Shown here: one piece after another, positions 25,889 through 39,530 of the stretch | How the letters are laid out: the number at the start of each line of letters is the position of its first letter | How positions within the stretch are numbered: position 1 is the first letter of the stretch | Origin: Octopus sinensis | Lineage: Eukaryota | Reading direction: 5' to 3' | DNA: 64,000 bases | NCBI RefSeq assembly: GCF_006345805.1 | Contig: NC_043014.1 | Span: 31,868,001 to 31,932,000 of the forward strand | The notes under the pieces: model-generated | Told to the model about the DNA's origin: nothing | The model's input: only the letters and a program-made list of their open reading frames with translations | The model's database searches: none | Made by a program: the position numbers and the translations under genes

Positions 25889-27127
25889 CCTTAATGTCCA
25901 TGATGTAATGGTGCTAGAGATGCCGTTGGTAGCATTACTGGTGCCAGTAGTATTTTTGGTGGTATCTGTGGTTCTAATACTGATGTCTGTGAAGGGCGGC
26001 AAGCTGGCTGGAACGTTAGCATGCTGGACGAAATGCTTAGTGGTATTTCATTGGCCTTTACGTTCTGATTTCAAATTCCGTCAAGGTCGACTTTGCCTTT
26101 CATCCTTTCAGGGTCGATAAATTAAATACCAGTTGCGTACTTGGCTCGATGTAATAGACTAACCCCCTCCCTAAAAATTTCGGGCCTTGTGCCTAGAGTA
26201 GACAAGAATACTTATGTCTGTGACAATTTTGGTGGCATTACTGGTATTTCTGGAGCTGGCAGAAATGTTAGCATGCCGGGCAAAATGCTTAGTGGTATTT
26301 TGTCTGTCTTTACGTTCTGAGTTCAAATTCTGCCATTGTTGACTTTACCTTTCATCCTTTCAGGTGGGGTGGGGGGTCAACAAATTAAGTACCAGTTGAG
26401 TTCTGGGGTTGATCTCATCGACTGGTCTCCTTCTCCCAAATTTCCAGCCTTGTGCCTAGAGTAAAAAAGATTACCGGTGTTTCTGGTAATGTTTTGGGGT
26501 GATTTTGTGGTGGTATGAGGCTTAGTGGTAAAGGTGTTGGACACATGATTGTAAGATTGTGGTTTCGATTCCTGGATTGGGCGACACATTGTGTTCTTGC
26601 ACAAAACACTTCATTTCATGTTGCACCAATCCATTCAGCTGGCAAAAGTGAGTAATCCTGCAATGGACTAGTGTCCCATCCAGGTGGGGAAACTATACAC
26701 CATGAAACTGGCCCTTATCAGTTGATATGACTTGAGAAAGTAACTTGCATGATCATAAGGTTATGGCTTCAATTCCTAAATTGGATGATGTTCTTAAACA
26801 AAACTCTTCATTTCACATTGTTCCACAACACTCACCTGTCGAAAGTGAGTACTCCTGCAAAGGCCTGGCATCTCATCCAAGGGGTCAATATATATATATG
26901 CTATAAAATCCAGGAAACTGGCCCTATGAGTCTATATGACTTGGGAAGGTGCTTTATCTTTTACCCTTTGGGGGGTGGTACTGGTGGTGTTGGTGGTGAT
27001 GTTAGGAGTGCTATTGGTAGTGGTGGTGGTGATGGTAATATCAAATTGAAGTAAGGTGGTAAGCTGGTAGGATCATTAGCATGGCAGGTAAAATGCTTAG
27101 AGGTATTTTGTCCATCTTTATGTTTAA

Positions 27128-27690
27128 CCCTTTAGCATTCAGATTAATCTGTCAAATGTAAATGTAAAAGATCCCCTTTAGTCATGAATAGCCATGGAAT
27201 CACACCTGGAAAGAACCCTTCTGAGACACAAGTTCAGGCAAGGCTGTTCATGGAAGACCAGCAGTCGCCTATGCTTATCAGCCTCCCCTCTCCATGCCAC
27301 CGATGTTATCCAAGGAAAAGCCGATACAACTTGACACCAGTGACGTTGCAACTCATTTCTACAGCTGAGTGAACTGGAGGAATATGAAATAAAGTGTCTT
27401 GCTCAAGAATACAACACACATCCCAGTCCAGGAATCGAACTCACTAGCTCATGAGTGTGAGCCTGACACTCTAACCAATAAGCCATATGTCATCAAATGA
27501 AATGTGTCTGTCAAATGTAATGCTTATTTATTCACATGCATTATATTGTAGCTTTGCGATTTTGATGATGTGATTGTTTATTTTTAAAATGGCATTGTAG
27601 GGTAGTTGTGAGAAGCCTGATATGGTCAATTTGAACATTAAACAGATAGAATATTTGGGCAGGACATGTGAGTTTAAATGCTAAGACAGT
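27128..27690. mobile_element. piggyBac-type MITE interrupted by an S4 SINE
   Basis: TTAA|CCCTTTAGCATTCAG start; remainder at 27508-27690 resembles 7478-7698 in reverse. Confidence 0.65.
27168..27490 (-). mobile_element. tRNA-derived SINE family S4
   Basis: Minus-strand tRNA-like head (GAGTTCGATTCC) and CTTGAGCAAGACACTTTATTTC body; related copies near 34238 and 54830 and at 37285-37970 and 38865-39530. Confidence 0.8.
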
Positions 27691-29034
27691 GAACTAGCTG
27701 GATTGTTATCACACTGGGCAAAAGTGTGTGGTGGCATGTCACCTGTCCTTATGTTCTGAGTTCAAAGTCTACCAAGGTTGGCTTTAACTTTCATCTTTTA
27801 GGGGTCGATAAAATAAGTGCCAGTGGAGCACTGGGGTTGATGTAATTGACTTACCCAGGTTCTTCAAACTTGCTGGCCTGGTGCTAAAATTTGGAACCAA
27901 TATCAAATTGAAGTATAAACATGTTTAAATAAAAGCTAGAAGTAAGAAGTAAAAGAAAAGAGTTGATGGATGGATTTAAGGTGAGCAAAAGAATGATGAG
28001 AGAATATGAAGAGGAGAAGGAGGAGGGGAAGGAGGAGCAGTAAGAGGAAGGGGATTTGAAATGAATGAATGAAAAGAAGCCCAAGAAGTACAAGATCAAG
28101 AAGAAGAAGAAAAACAAGAAGATTATGAAGAAAAAGTGTTTTAAGGGTAGATTGAGAAGAAGTAGAAGAAAAAAAAGGAAGAATAAAAGAATGATTAAAA
28201 ATTGTTAAAGAAACCAGTAACAACAACAACAACAGCAGTAATCATAACAACAACAATAATTTTCATAAACAGATGTAAAATTTAATAAAAAGGAAAAACT
28301 TTTTACGAAAATTGCTGAAAATAAAACAAAACAAAACAAACATGAAATTAAAATAAAAATGAAAAAAAATGTAACAGACAAACAAAGAAATAATAGGAGG
28401 AAATAACTAAGAGGAATTTCTGTAAGGAAATTAAATCTGCTCCCCACCAAAATGGTTACAATTCCTGGAATGGAATGAAGAATTTTCAGTGGCATTTATT
28501 GCTTTTTATATAAATGTCTTCAAACTTGTGTTTCTTGTTTTAAACATCTACAAATATGCAATTTTTCTTCTATTTTTATTTTCAGTTCTTCTTTCTGTTC
28601 CATCTCTTTTAAAATTACTACCATTATACATATTTATTGATGTCCTTTTGTTAATTTTTTTGTTGTTGCTGGGCATTTTTATAATTTTTCTTATTTCCTA
28701 TGTTTATGTTATTGTTGTTTAACTCCCAGGTTGGCACTGATCCCTAAGACCCATTGATCAAAGCATTCCTTTCATAATTACCCTGCTTTTTGTGCCTTAT
28801 TTTCAGACAGTGCACTATATTAGCCAACATCATCCTTTTTTTATACAGCAGAAGATTATAATTTGAGGAATATTTGGTTGTTATATCTAGCAGGGTGAGT
28901 AGCTGCATAAACAAACTCATTTAAGTTTGGTCTTTTTGGTTGGTTCATTCTATTATTTCATATGTTTAGACAGAAATGGTGACCAACCATTCTCTTAATT
29001 TAACAGTTTAGGAAATGCATATGTAATATTGTTG

Positions 29035-29321
29035 TTGTTTGTTCCTTCTTGAGCCATTCTTGGCTCATAAGGGCCAGTTTCCTGGTTTCATTGGTGCATA
29101 GGTTCCCCACCTGGATGGGATGTTGGTCCATCACAGGTGAGCTGCCAGTGAGAGAAAGTTGTGGTGAAAGAGTCAGCAGAGGTTTGCCATTACCTTCTGC
29201 TGGAGTCGTGTGGAGCTTAGGTGCTTTGCTCATAAACACACACATTGCCCGGTCAGCGATTTGAACCCGCAGTCCCTCAACTAAGTCTGCTGCTCTAACC
29301 ACTAAGCCACATGCCTCCACA
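29035..29321 (-). mobile_element. SINE S3 copy
   Basis: Reverse-complement match to 4441-4745. Confidence 0.85.
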
Positions 29322-29842
29322 TATGAAATATTGGTATTTGGTTTATTTTACTATTTTGTGTAATTAAGCAATGTATTTTAATGATTAGCTGAGTATCATT
29401 AATTAAACATATTCTGTTAGAATATTATACATTGAATTTACAATGAGTACTCTTTGTATAAATTGTCAAAAATATTAATACTATAAAGTATTTAGACATT
29501 AATATGAGCGATTATATATACTGTATTTTGAAATAATAGCATGAAATTCAATATTAAAAAAATTTTTCATGAAGATATATCTATCTATAAAAGGGTATTG
29601 TATTAAATATATATATAAATATATGAAACATGACAGCTTAAAAGTTTGTTAATCAATGTATCTTACGATCGTTTCATGAAAGTATTGTCATTATAATGGA
29701 ATCCATTGTTGATACACATTGACAGACATTACTTCCGCTCGTCAGAGATGGAGAAGATAAAGTTTTAATAATGAATCTATTAGCTGAGTGGAAAAATGAA
29801 ACAGCTTGCATATTTTGTATATTTTGTTGTATATTTTGTTGT

Positions 29843-30345
29843 GTGGAGGTGCAATGGCCCAGTGGTTAGAGCAGCGGACTCGTGGTTGTAGGATCGCAGT
29901 TTCAAATCCCAGACCGGGCATTGTGAGTGTTTATTGAGCGAAAACACCTAAAGCTCCACAAGGCTCTGGCAGGGGGGGGGGGAGTGAACCCTGCTGTACT
30001 TTTTCACAACTTTCTCTCACTCTTTCTTCCCGTTTCTGTTGTACCTGTATTTCAAAGGGCCAGCCTTGTCACACTCAGTGTGACAAGGCTGAGAACTATG
30101 CTAAGGGTACACGTGTCTGTAGAGTTCTCAACCACTTGTATGTTAACAAATGAACTGCGACATCACTGGTGCCAAGCTGTATCAACCTTTGCTGTTCTCT
30201 GGGATAACACTGGTGGCATGGAGAGAGGAATTCAGTATGCATGGGCAACTACTGGTCTTCCATAAATAACCTCGCCCAGACTTGTGCCTCTGAGGGTAAC
30301 TTTCTAGGTGCAATCCCATGGTCATTCATGACTGAAGGGGATCAC
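29843..30345 (+). mobile_element. SINE with an S3-type head and S4-type 3' body
   Basis: 5' matches the 4441 and 55159 heads; 3' (CACTGGTGCCAAGCTGTATC...GGTCATTCATGAC) is the reverse complement of the S4 body. Confidence 0.7.
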
Positions 30346-30629
30346 AATTTTGTTGTATGTTTTGTTGCACCCCTCTATGTTCTAAGTTTGTATCTGGTCA
30401 ACATCAACATTGTCTTTTCTTCTTCCACAGTCAACAGCATATGGGGGCTGGCATAGTTGTTGGGTTCAGAAGCTTGCTTTGTAACCATGTAGCTTGAGGT
30501 TCAGTCCTACTGTGCAGCACCTTGAGAAAGTATCTTCAACTACAGCTCTGGGCCAACCAATACTTTGTGGATGAATTTTGCAAATGGAAACTGTGTGAAA
30601 GCCTGTAGTATACATACACACACGTGCAG

Positions 30630-30663
<34 letters not shown>

Positions 30664-30664
30664 C

Positions 30665-30998
30665 AATTAGCAAAATAAGCATGTCCTTAAGGCATTAAGG
30701 GAAGGAAGCACTATAGAAATGGTAAATGGTTTGTGGCCCAAAAGAAATCACTTTAAACCTGCTAAAATGATAATTGAAGTGGTTTATATGATGATTGGAA
30801 ATATAATTTTGAAGTCTTTATGGTATTATAGTGAGGATCTGATCAAAGACTTTGCAATTAAAAAATAGCAGGAGAAAACTTTTCAAATATAAATAACGGA
30901 AAATAAATATTATTATAGAAATAAACATTATTTATGTTTTGAATTACATATAAATGGGGTATATCAAAATCTTAGGGTACGGGTCATAATCCAGCCCT
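30665..30998 (+). mobile_element. Possible hAT transposon 3' end splitting an S1 SINE
   Basis: DLIKDFAIKK resembles the hAT dimerisation-domain end; terminus TAATCCAGCCCTG; S1 halves lie on either side. Confidence 0.4.
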
Positions 30999-31729
30999 GT
31001 ATGTGTGTATATCCCTGTGTCTATGTTTGTTCCCTGCTCATTGCTTGACAAAAAGTGTTGCTTTGTTTATATCCCCTGTAACTTAGAAGTTTGGTGAGAA
31101 AAAAAAGGTCCAATAGAATCCATACCAGACTTAAAGCAAAATAAGTATCGCAGTCAATCGTTTCAACTAAAACTCTTCAAGGTGGTACTCCAGCATGGCC
31201 ACAGTCCAATGATTGAAACAAGTAAAGGATAAAAGGTAGACTTAACATAAAGTACCAGTTAATTTTTTTATAGGCACAATGGTGACAGACGTACTTATCT
31301 ACTTCTTTGTCTACTTTGATAAAAAATATTTGTCTTTACAACTAATATAAAAAAATTCTTTAACCTAATTCAGTACATTAGTTATGGTCATTGATACCAC
31401 GAAACTTGTTACAATCCAACATAGATCCTGAAGGTTACTAATGAGTGTCACATAATCTCTGAAGATTTGACAAGGTAATCTCCTTATAAGTGTTTTTTTT
31501 TGTATAACAAATACTTTTCATTGTTAATGAAGTACATGTAAGATGATGTAACTAAATAACAAACGCCCCCTACTTTGTTTTGTTTCTTCTATATGTACTC
31601 CATGATCTATCTTTTGCTGAACTGCTAAGTTAGAGACATAAACACACCAACACTGGTTTTCAAGCAGTGGTGGGGGACAAACACAAAGGCAAAAACACAC
31701 ACATATAGACATGTACATACACACATATG

Positions 31730-31766
<37 letters not shown>

Positions 31767-32015
31767 ATAATATGTATTGGTTTATGTCTATCACTGTTTG
31801 AGTTGCATAATAGTGCTTTTATCTCTAATTCATATTATATATATATATATATATATATACCATGGGCTTCTTTCAGTTTTCATCTACCAAATCCATTCAC
31901 AAAGTTTTGGTCAGTCCAAGGCTATAGTAGAAGACACTTGCCCAAGGTGCCATGCAGTGAGATCGAACCCAGAACCATGTGGTTGGGAAGCAAGCTTCTA
32001 ACTACACAGCTACAT

Positions 32016-32047
<32 letters not shown>

Positions 32048-32215
32048 TTAGCGTCCGTTTTCTATGCTAGCATGGGTTGGATGGTTCAACTGGGGTCTGT
32101 GAAGCCAGAAGGCTGCATCAGGCCCAGTCTGATCTGGCAGTGTTTCTACGGCTGGATGCCCTTCCTAACGCCAACCACTCCACGAGTGTAGTGGCTCAGC
32201 GAGTGTATATATGTG

Positions 32216-32258
<43 letters not shown>

Positions 32259-32427
32259 GGCTTCTTTCAGTTCCTTACCACCAAATCCACTCACATGGTT
32301 TTGGTAAGCTCAATGCTATAGTAGAAAACACTTACCTAAGGTGCCACACAGTGGGATTGAAACTGGAACCATGTGGTTGGGGAGCAAGCATCTTACCACA
32401 CAGCTGCCCCTGCTCCTATAGTGCAAT

Positions 32428-32541
32428 GCTTAAAACACCTAGGTTTCCCAAGTGGCCACATATCTAAGTACTAACTAGGCTTGACATTGCTTAACTTTGG
32501 TGATGTGGAGAAGAACTGGTGCATTCAACGTTGTTTTTTGG
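32428..32541 (-). pseudogene. 5S rRNA pseudogene
   Basis: Minus strand ACGTTGAATGCACCAGTTCT...ATCACCAAAGTTAAGCAATGTCAAGCCTAGTTAGTACTTAGAT...TGGGAAACCTAGGTGTT aligns by eye with invertebrate 5S rRNA; many substitutions. Confidence 0.8.
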
Positions 32542-32900
32542 AAGACGTATAAGAACATGCATAGGTTTCTAAATACTGGTTATTTATCATACAATTTAAA
32601 TTTAAATCACACACACACACACACGCACACACATACACACACACGTGAGTGTGTATATATTATGGAATGATTATTATTATTTATTATGTATTATTTATGA
32701 TTTATTTAGCATTTTTCAATTAATTTAAAAAAAAAATTAAATTTATATTTATTATAATTTTTCAAAGTTTATTTTTATTATTAATTTTATTTCAATTATT
32801 CCTTTTCTTTGTTTATTTATCCTTTCTTTTATTTATCCTTTATTTTTTTCTTAGCTATGTTTAAATGTGTGTATGTGTGTGTGTGCGTGCATGTGTATAT

Positions 32901-32951
<51 letters not shown>

Positions 32952-35599
32952 TGCTTTAGCTTAATTTTAATATTTTTTTGCCACCTTTCTATCCCATGCA
33001 AAATAAATAAATAAATAAATAGAAATACAGAAAAATAATTATTTCCTTTTAAAATATATTTTTGGAACTTTTATTTTTATATTTTGAAAGTAAATTTCTT
33101 GATTTATATTTTATTATATTTGCTTTAAATAAAACATTAAAACAACAAAAAAATCTCAACAAATTTAAACTTTATTTTTATGGCTTTTTTTGTAATTATT
33201 ATTTCCTCAACCTTTTCAATTGTACATTAAACAGTCTTTTTTCTTTAATTTTACCTTATTGTTTTACATTTTTACTTGTTTATTATTTTCTACAATTTCG
33301 TAATACTCATTATTATTTTTATTATTATTATTATTAATACTATTTGATTTTCTTTTTGTTTTTGATTTGTGATTTATTTGATGTCAAATTTCAATTTCAT
33401 TTAACTAACTTGGTCAATTATTCTGCTGCCATCCCTTCTTCTCCTTTCCAATCTGTCCATCCATCCATCTGTCCGTCCATCCATCCATCAAACCTACCAA
33501 CCAACCAACCAACCAGCCAGCCAACCAACCAACCAACCAACCAACCAACCAACAAACAAGTAAACCAAAACAGCAAACCCTATCCCATCATGCCTCCATT
33601 CAATGTCATGCAACACCACCACCATTGCCAGCATCACCACAACCACTGCCACTACCACTACACCCCACCACCACCGCCGCCACCACCACCGCCACCACCA
33701 CCACAGTCACTGCCACTGTCCCCACCAATTCCACCACCGCCGCCACCACCGCCACCACCACCACCACCGCTGCTGCCGCCACCACCACCCTCTAACCATT
33801 GCTCCGTTTGTTCACACATCCAGCATATCAAACATCTGTTCATCCATGAATTTTATCTGGTGGTCTGTCAGCCATTTCCTATACATCTGTCTGAATGTCT
33901 GTCTCAATGTCTGTCTGTTGATTGTTGGTTTTTTTTATGCCTATCGGTCTACCCATCCGACCATTTATCAGTTGGTCTAGCCTCTAAAAAAAAAAAATAT
34001 GGGTAGGAAGGAGAATTTCCAGGAGTATGTATTCAGGGTAGATAGTTTAAGATCTATGTGAAGGGTATTAGACAAAGTAGGAAAACAAGCAAAGAAAAAG
34101 AAAATATATTCTGGTTTTGGGCCTTGAGTGTGAATGATATTCAATTTCCTAGTTCAGAGCAGAAGCTGTAGTAGTAGCAGTGCAAGATGTACAGAGAGTA
34201 AACAATATATCTATTATATAGTTCTTATTACTTAAATGAAGGCATGCAGCTTAGTGGTTAGGGTATTCGGGTCATGATTGTAAGGTTGTGAGTTCAATTC
34301 TCAGTTGTATATTGTGTCCTTCAGTAAGACACTTTATTTCATGTTGCTCCAGTCCACTCAGCTGGCAAAAATGAGTAGTGCCTGTATTTCAAAGGGCCAG
34401 TCTTGTCACACTCTGTGTCACACCGAATCTCCCTGGGAAGGGTACATGTATCTGTGGAGTACTCAGCACTTGTACGTTAATTTCATGAGCAGGCTGATCT
34501 GTTGATCAGATCAACTGGAACCCTCGTCATCATAACCGACGGTGTGCCATTACTTACATAAACCATTCACTCCCTATGGAGGAGGTTCTTATGTTTCCCC
34601 TAGGGAAGACTTTACTCTTCTAACTTTTGTTGGTTTTGAATTGTCATCAATGCTTCTGTAGCCTTGCTTTTTGCAATCAAACCCAGTTTTACTTCAGCTT
34701 GTGCCACATAAAACACATTGGAGCCAGATAAAAAGCACCTATGCTGGTACCACCTATAAAACACTGGTGCTAGTGCCACTTAAGAAGCACCCAGTACACT
34801 TTGTAAAGTGGTTGGCATAAAGAAGGGTATCCAGCTGTAGAAACCATACCTAACAAATAAGAGGATTACATTGACCCCAGGCTCAAATACTATTTATCTT
34901 ATCAACTCTGAAAGGATCAAAAGTAAAGTTGACCTCAGCAAAATTTGAACTCAGAATGTAAACACAGGTGAGAGATGCAGTGAAGCATTTAGCCCAATGT
35001 GGTAATGATTCTGCCAGCTTACTGCCTTAGTCACAGGTAATATTGCCATTTAGATATTTAAACTGGGAGGGTGTGGCTTGTTTATTATTACATTAAAAAA
35101 GTGTAAAGAGGGAGGGTGATATTGATCGATGATTAAGTTTTCTGAACTCTGGTTTCAAATTTTGGCACATGTCAGCAATTTCAGGAGAGAAGGGAAGTCG
35201 ATTACATTGACCCCAGTGCACAACTGGTACTTTTTTTTTACCCCAGAAGGTTGAATGGCAAAGTCACCCTTGGTGGAATTTGAACTCAGAACATGAAGAC
35301 GGACAAAATGTCACTAATAATTTTGCCCTGCATACTAACAATTCTGCCATCTCGCTGCCTTAAGTTTTCTGAAATTAAACATCAAACTCATTTGCACATC
35401 ACCTGTTACAGTTGCTATGATGATGACTCATGGGGCTTCCTAAGTATGAGCTACTTGAGAATTATCATTAAGCATACTGTAGCACAATGACCTGCTCAGA
35501 TATGAGCTTGGCGATGGCTTACTGCTTTCTAACGCTGAGGTTGCCATCAAGTAAAAACTTAATTGTGGGTTCATTCCCCACCTGCCAACTCCTCACTTC

Positions 35600-35710
35600 T
35601 TGCCATTCTCCTGTATAAGAATGTGGTTACACAGTTGAAGAATATATTAAACCGTACAGGAGTCAGTACAGAGCCTTGCCTAACTCCCCTCTTTACAATA
35701 AAGTGCTCAT
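35600..35710 (-). mobile_element. LINE reverse-transcriptase fragment (RTE-like)
   Basis: FIVKRGVRQGSVLTPVRFNIFFNCV matches the RT motif GVRQGxxLSPxLFN. Confidence 0.65.
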
Positions 35711-36109
35711 ATTACTGTCCTTCAAAAAAAGAAAAGGGCCATTTTTCTTGGAGATTGCGATTGAAATTCACAACACGCACGCACACGCACACACACACAC
35801 ACTCACACACACTATAGACACTTTAATCATACCTCATTTGGTTCCCATATATTCATATTTCAAAAGGGAAGTAAGGTTTTTACATGAAATGTCCCATAAG
35901 TTTGTCACCACTTTACATCATGTTGATGTTTAAATGTTGTTTTACACATAGGACATCTGGTACACTAAGACCACAACATCAAATTCCAATAATCCAGCAA
36001 TCCAATATTCCTATATTCCAATAATCCAATATTCAAATATTCTGTTTTCATTCATAAGAATTGACACTGACCATCTGCTACTGAATACAGATAACCACAT
36101 TGGTACAGC

Positions 36110-36312
36110 TTTGCTGCTGATGTTGTTGCTACTGTTGTTGTTGTTTGGTCGTTGCTGTTGTTGTTTGGTTGCTGTTGTTGTTGTAGTTGTTATTACTATT
36201 GGTGCTTTTGTTGTTGCTGTAAATATTGTTGCTTTTCTTGTTGCTACTATTGCTGTTGTTGTTGTCGTTGTTGTTGCTGTTGCTGTTATTGTTGTTGCTG
36301 TTGTTATTGTTA

Positions 36313-36343
<31 letters not shown>

Positions 36344-36580
36344 TGTTGTTATTGTTGTTGTGATTGTTATTGTTGCTGTTATTGTTATTGTTGTAGTTAT
36401 TGCTATTGTTGTTATTGTTGTTGTTGTTATTGTCATTGTTGTTGTTGTTGTTGATGTTGCTATTGTTGTTATTGCTATTTTTCTTGTTGCTACAATTGCC
36501 GTTGTTATGGTTATTGTTATTGCTGTTGTTATGGTTATTGTTATTGCAGCTGTTGTTGTTGCCACTGTTATTATTGTTCT
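36110..36580. repeat. Degenerate (TTG)n trinucleotide tract
   Basis: Direct reading; comparable (CAC)/(CAT) tracts at 14530-14790, 22825-23040, 24040-24450, 41175-41450, 50690-51000, 56900-57380 and 57925-58350. Confidence 0.95.
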
Positions 36581-36588
36581 TGTTTCTT

Positions 36589-37002
36589 ATTTCTTTATTG
36601 CGCACAAGGGGCTATACTCAGAGAGGACAAACAAAGACAGACAAAAGGATTAAGTCAATTATATCGACCTTAGTGCATAACTGGTACTTATTTAATCGAC
36701 CCCGAAAGGATGAAAGGCAAAGTCGACCTCGGCAGAATTTGAACTCAGAACATAACGGCAGATGAAATACCTATTTCTTTATTGCCCACAAGGGGATAAA
36801 CACAGAGAGGACAAACAAAGACAGACAAACGGATTAAGTCGATTATACCAACCCCAGTGTGTAACTGGTACTTATTTAATCGACCCCAAAAGGATGAAAG
36901 GCAAAGTCGACTTTGGTGGAATTTGAACTCAGAACGTAACGGCAGACGAAATACCGCTTAGCATTTAGCCCCATGCGCTGACAATTCTGCCAGCTCGCCG
37001 CC
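36589..37002 (-). mobile_element. Head-to-tail pair of S2 SINEs
   Basis: 36589-36770 (5'-truncated) repeats 36771-36955. Confidence 0.85.
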
Positions 37003-37284
37003 TTATTATAAGAACAATAATAACAGAACACTGTTATTATTGTTCTTGTTTCTTTCACAGTTATTGCTGCTGTTGCTGTTGCCACTGCTGATGCCATTGC
37101 TGTTGATTCTGTAATTGTTACCATGGTTGCTATGAGGGTGGCAAGCTTCAGAATTATTGACACACCAGGCTAAAATGCTTAGTAGCAGCTTATCCATTTT
37201 TATGTTCTGAATTCAAATTCTGCTGAGGTTACCCTTGCCTTTCATCCTTTCAAGGTCCATAAAATAAACACCAGTCAATTACTA

Positions 37285-37970
37285 GAAGACCCCTTTTAAT
37301 CATGAATGACCATGGGATTACACCTGGAAAGATCCCCTCAGAGACATAAGTCTGGGCAAGGTTGTTTTATGGAAGACCAACGGTCATCCATGCATACCGG
37401 CCTCTCCTCTCCACACCACTGATGTTATCCAAGGGAAAGGAAAAGGCCGATACAGCTTGGCACCAGTGATATCGCAACTCATATCTACAGCTGAGTGAAC
37501 TGGAGCAATGTGAAATAAAGAGTCTTGCTCAAGAACACAACACACAGCCTGGTCCAGGAAATGAACTCACTACCTCAAGATTGTGAGCCTGATTCTCTAA
37601 CCACTAAGCCATGCACCTTCGCACATATACATGCATGCATACATATATACATAGAGATCCCCTTTGATCATGATGACCATGGGCTTGCACCTAGAATGTT
37701 TCCCTCTGAGGCACAAGTCCGGGCAAGGTTGTGTATGGAACATTGTCAGTCACTCATGTATGCCACCCTCCCCTCTCTGTGCTACTGATGTTATCCAAGG
37801 TAAAGGCAAAGGCTTCGCACCAGTGACATCATTTCTACAGCTGAGTGAACTGGAGCAATGTGAAATAAAGTGTCTTGCTCAAGAACACAACACACAGCCT
37901 GGTCCAGGAATTGAACTCACTACCTTATGATTGTGAGTCCAAAGCTCTAACCACTGAGCTGTGCACTTTC
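37285..37970 (-). mobile_element. Two adjacent S4 SINE copies
   Basis: 37285-37620 and 37655-37970 both match 27168-27490. Confidence 0.8.
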
Positions 37971-38194
37971 GATTACTGGTGTCCATGTAATCGACTTACC
38001 TCCTCCACCAAAGTTACTGGCCTTGTGTCAAAATCTGAAACCTTTATCATAGTTGCTACAGTTGTTTAACACTATTCCAACCACAATCTACTCCCACAGA
38101 TAGATAAAAAAAAATATATAAATGCACCCTTTTTGCTATGATCAAATTGCCCCTGGCCACAAATGCAACTCAGCACCTAGCAGTAACTTACACT

Positions 38195-38334
38195 CAGGGG
38201 TGGACTGAGCTGTTGGTCAATTGGGCACTGCCCAAGGGCCTGGAGTTCTACATATTAACTCTACTGATATCAATGCTAAGGAGTCTGGTAAACAGTTATG
38301 CCTGAGGGCCCTTAATACTCTCAGTCCACCCCTG
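38195..38334. mobile_element. 140-bp hAT-type MITE
   Basis: Perfect 15-bp TIR CAGGGGTGGACTGAG / CTCAGTCCACCCCTG and perfect 8-bp TSD CTTACACT. Confidence 0.9.
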
Positions 38335-38864
38335 CTTACACTACTTGTAAATATGTGCCCTCAGCCAGGTGAACTTGTTCCATCCATTGGGACCAAGCTA
38401 CCCTGGCTACTGGTATAAAACAACACATATCTGTAAACTACACTACACTGTGTACACATGCCCATAGCCAGATGAAGTTATTCAACAAACTCTGACTAAA
38501 TTGCCCCTGGCTACAGATGTAACACAGCAGCAGTGATAATCCATGGCTCACTAATGCCATAATTATTGTTACTGTTGTAATTATTTAGCTCCAAGTAAGT
38601 GCTGATTGAGGAGATGTCTAATCAAAGTCATTCTAGATATGACTGTCCTGCTTGAAACCTGACAAAGAATATCCAAAGCTGCATATTCTATTTTGTTCTT
38701 CATATTTTAGGGGGAGAAGGACTGATTGATTTGGAGTTTTTGGTGGCTATTTCTAATATCTCACAAGACCATGTAGCATAGGTAGTAGTAGTAGTAGTAG
38801 TAAAGGTAATATCAATAACAGTAGCATCAGCAGCAGCAGTAGTAGTAGTAGTAAAAAAGGGGTA

Positions 38865-39530
38865 AAGTCCCCTTTGGACATGAATGACCATGGGACTGCA
38901 CTTAGAATGTTCCCCTCTGAGGCACAAGTATGGGCAGGGTTGTTTTATGGAGGGCCAGCAGTCACCCATGCATACCAGCCTCTCTTCTCCACATCACTGA
39001 TGTTATCCAAGGGAAAAAGCAAAGGCCAATACAGTTTGGCACCAGTGATGTTGCAACTCATTTCTACAGCTGAGTAGAACTGGAGCAATGTGAAATAAAG
39101 TGTCTTGCTGAAGAAGAGCACAACACACAACCTGGTCCAGGATTGAAACTCACTACCTCATGATTAGTGGTGGAACATGGCCTAGTGGTTAGAGCAGTGG
39201 ACTTGCAGTCAAGGGATCGTGGGTTCGAATCTCAGACTGGGTGATGTGTGTATTTATGAGCGAAACAACTAAGCTCCACGCGGATCCGGCAGAAGGTAAT
39301 GGCGAACTTCTGCTGCCTCTTTTGCCACAACTTTCTCTCACTCTTTCCTCCTGCATCTTGCAGCTCACCTGCGATGGACTGGCATCCCATCTAGGTGGGG
39401 AACCTATATGCCATGGAAACCAGGAAACTGGCCCTTATGAGCCAGGTATGGCTTGAGAAGCAACAAACAAAAAAAAACAACCTCATGATTATGAACCTGA
39501 AGTTCTAATCACTGAGCCATGCATCTTCAC
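38865..39530 (-). mobile_element. S4 SINE containing a nested plus-strand S3 SINE (about 39168-39478)
   Basis: The S3 insert is flanked by a duplicated ACCTCATGATTA. Confidence 0.8.

Noticed and set aside
33344-34006. 220-aa poly-Pro ORF
   Set aside because: Made of (CCAT)n, (CCAA)n and (CCA)n microsatellites; no domain.
36011-36765. Overlapping Cys-, Asn-, Val- and Thr-rich ORFs
   Set aside because: A single (TTG)n tract open in several frames; not a metallothionein or mucin.
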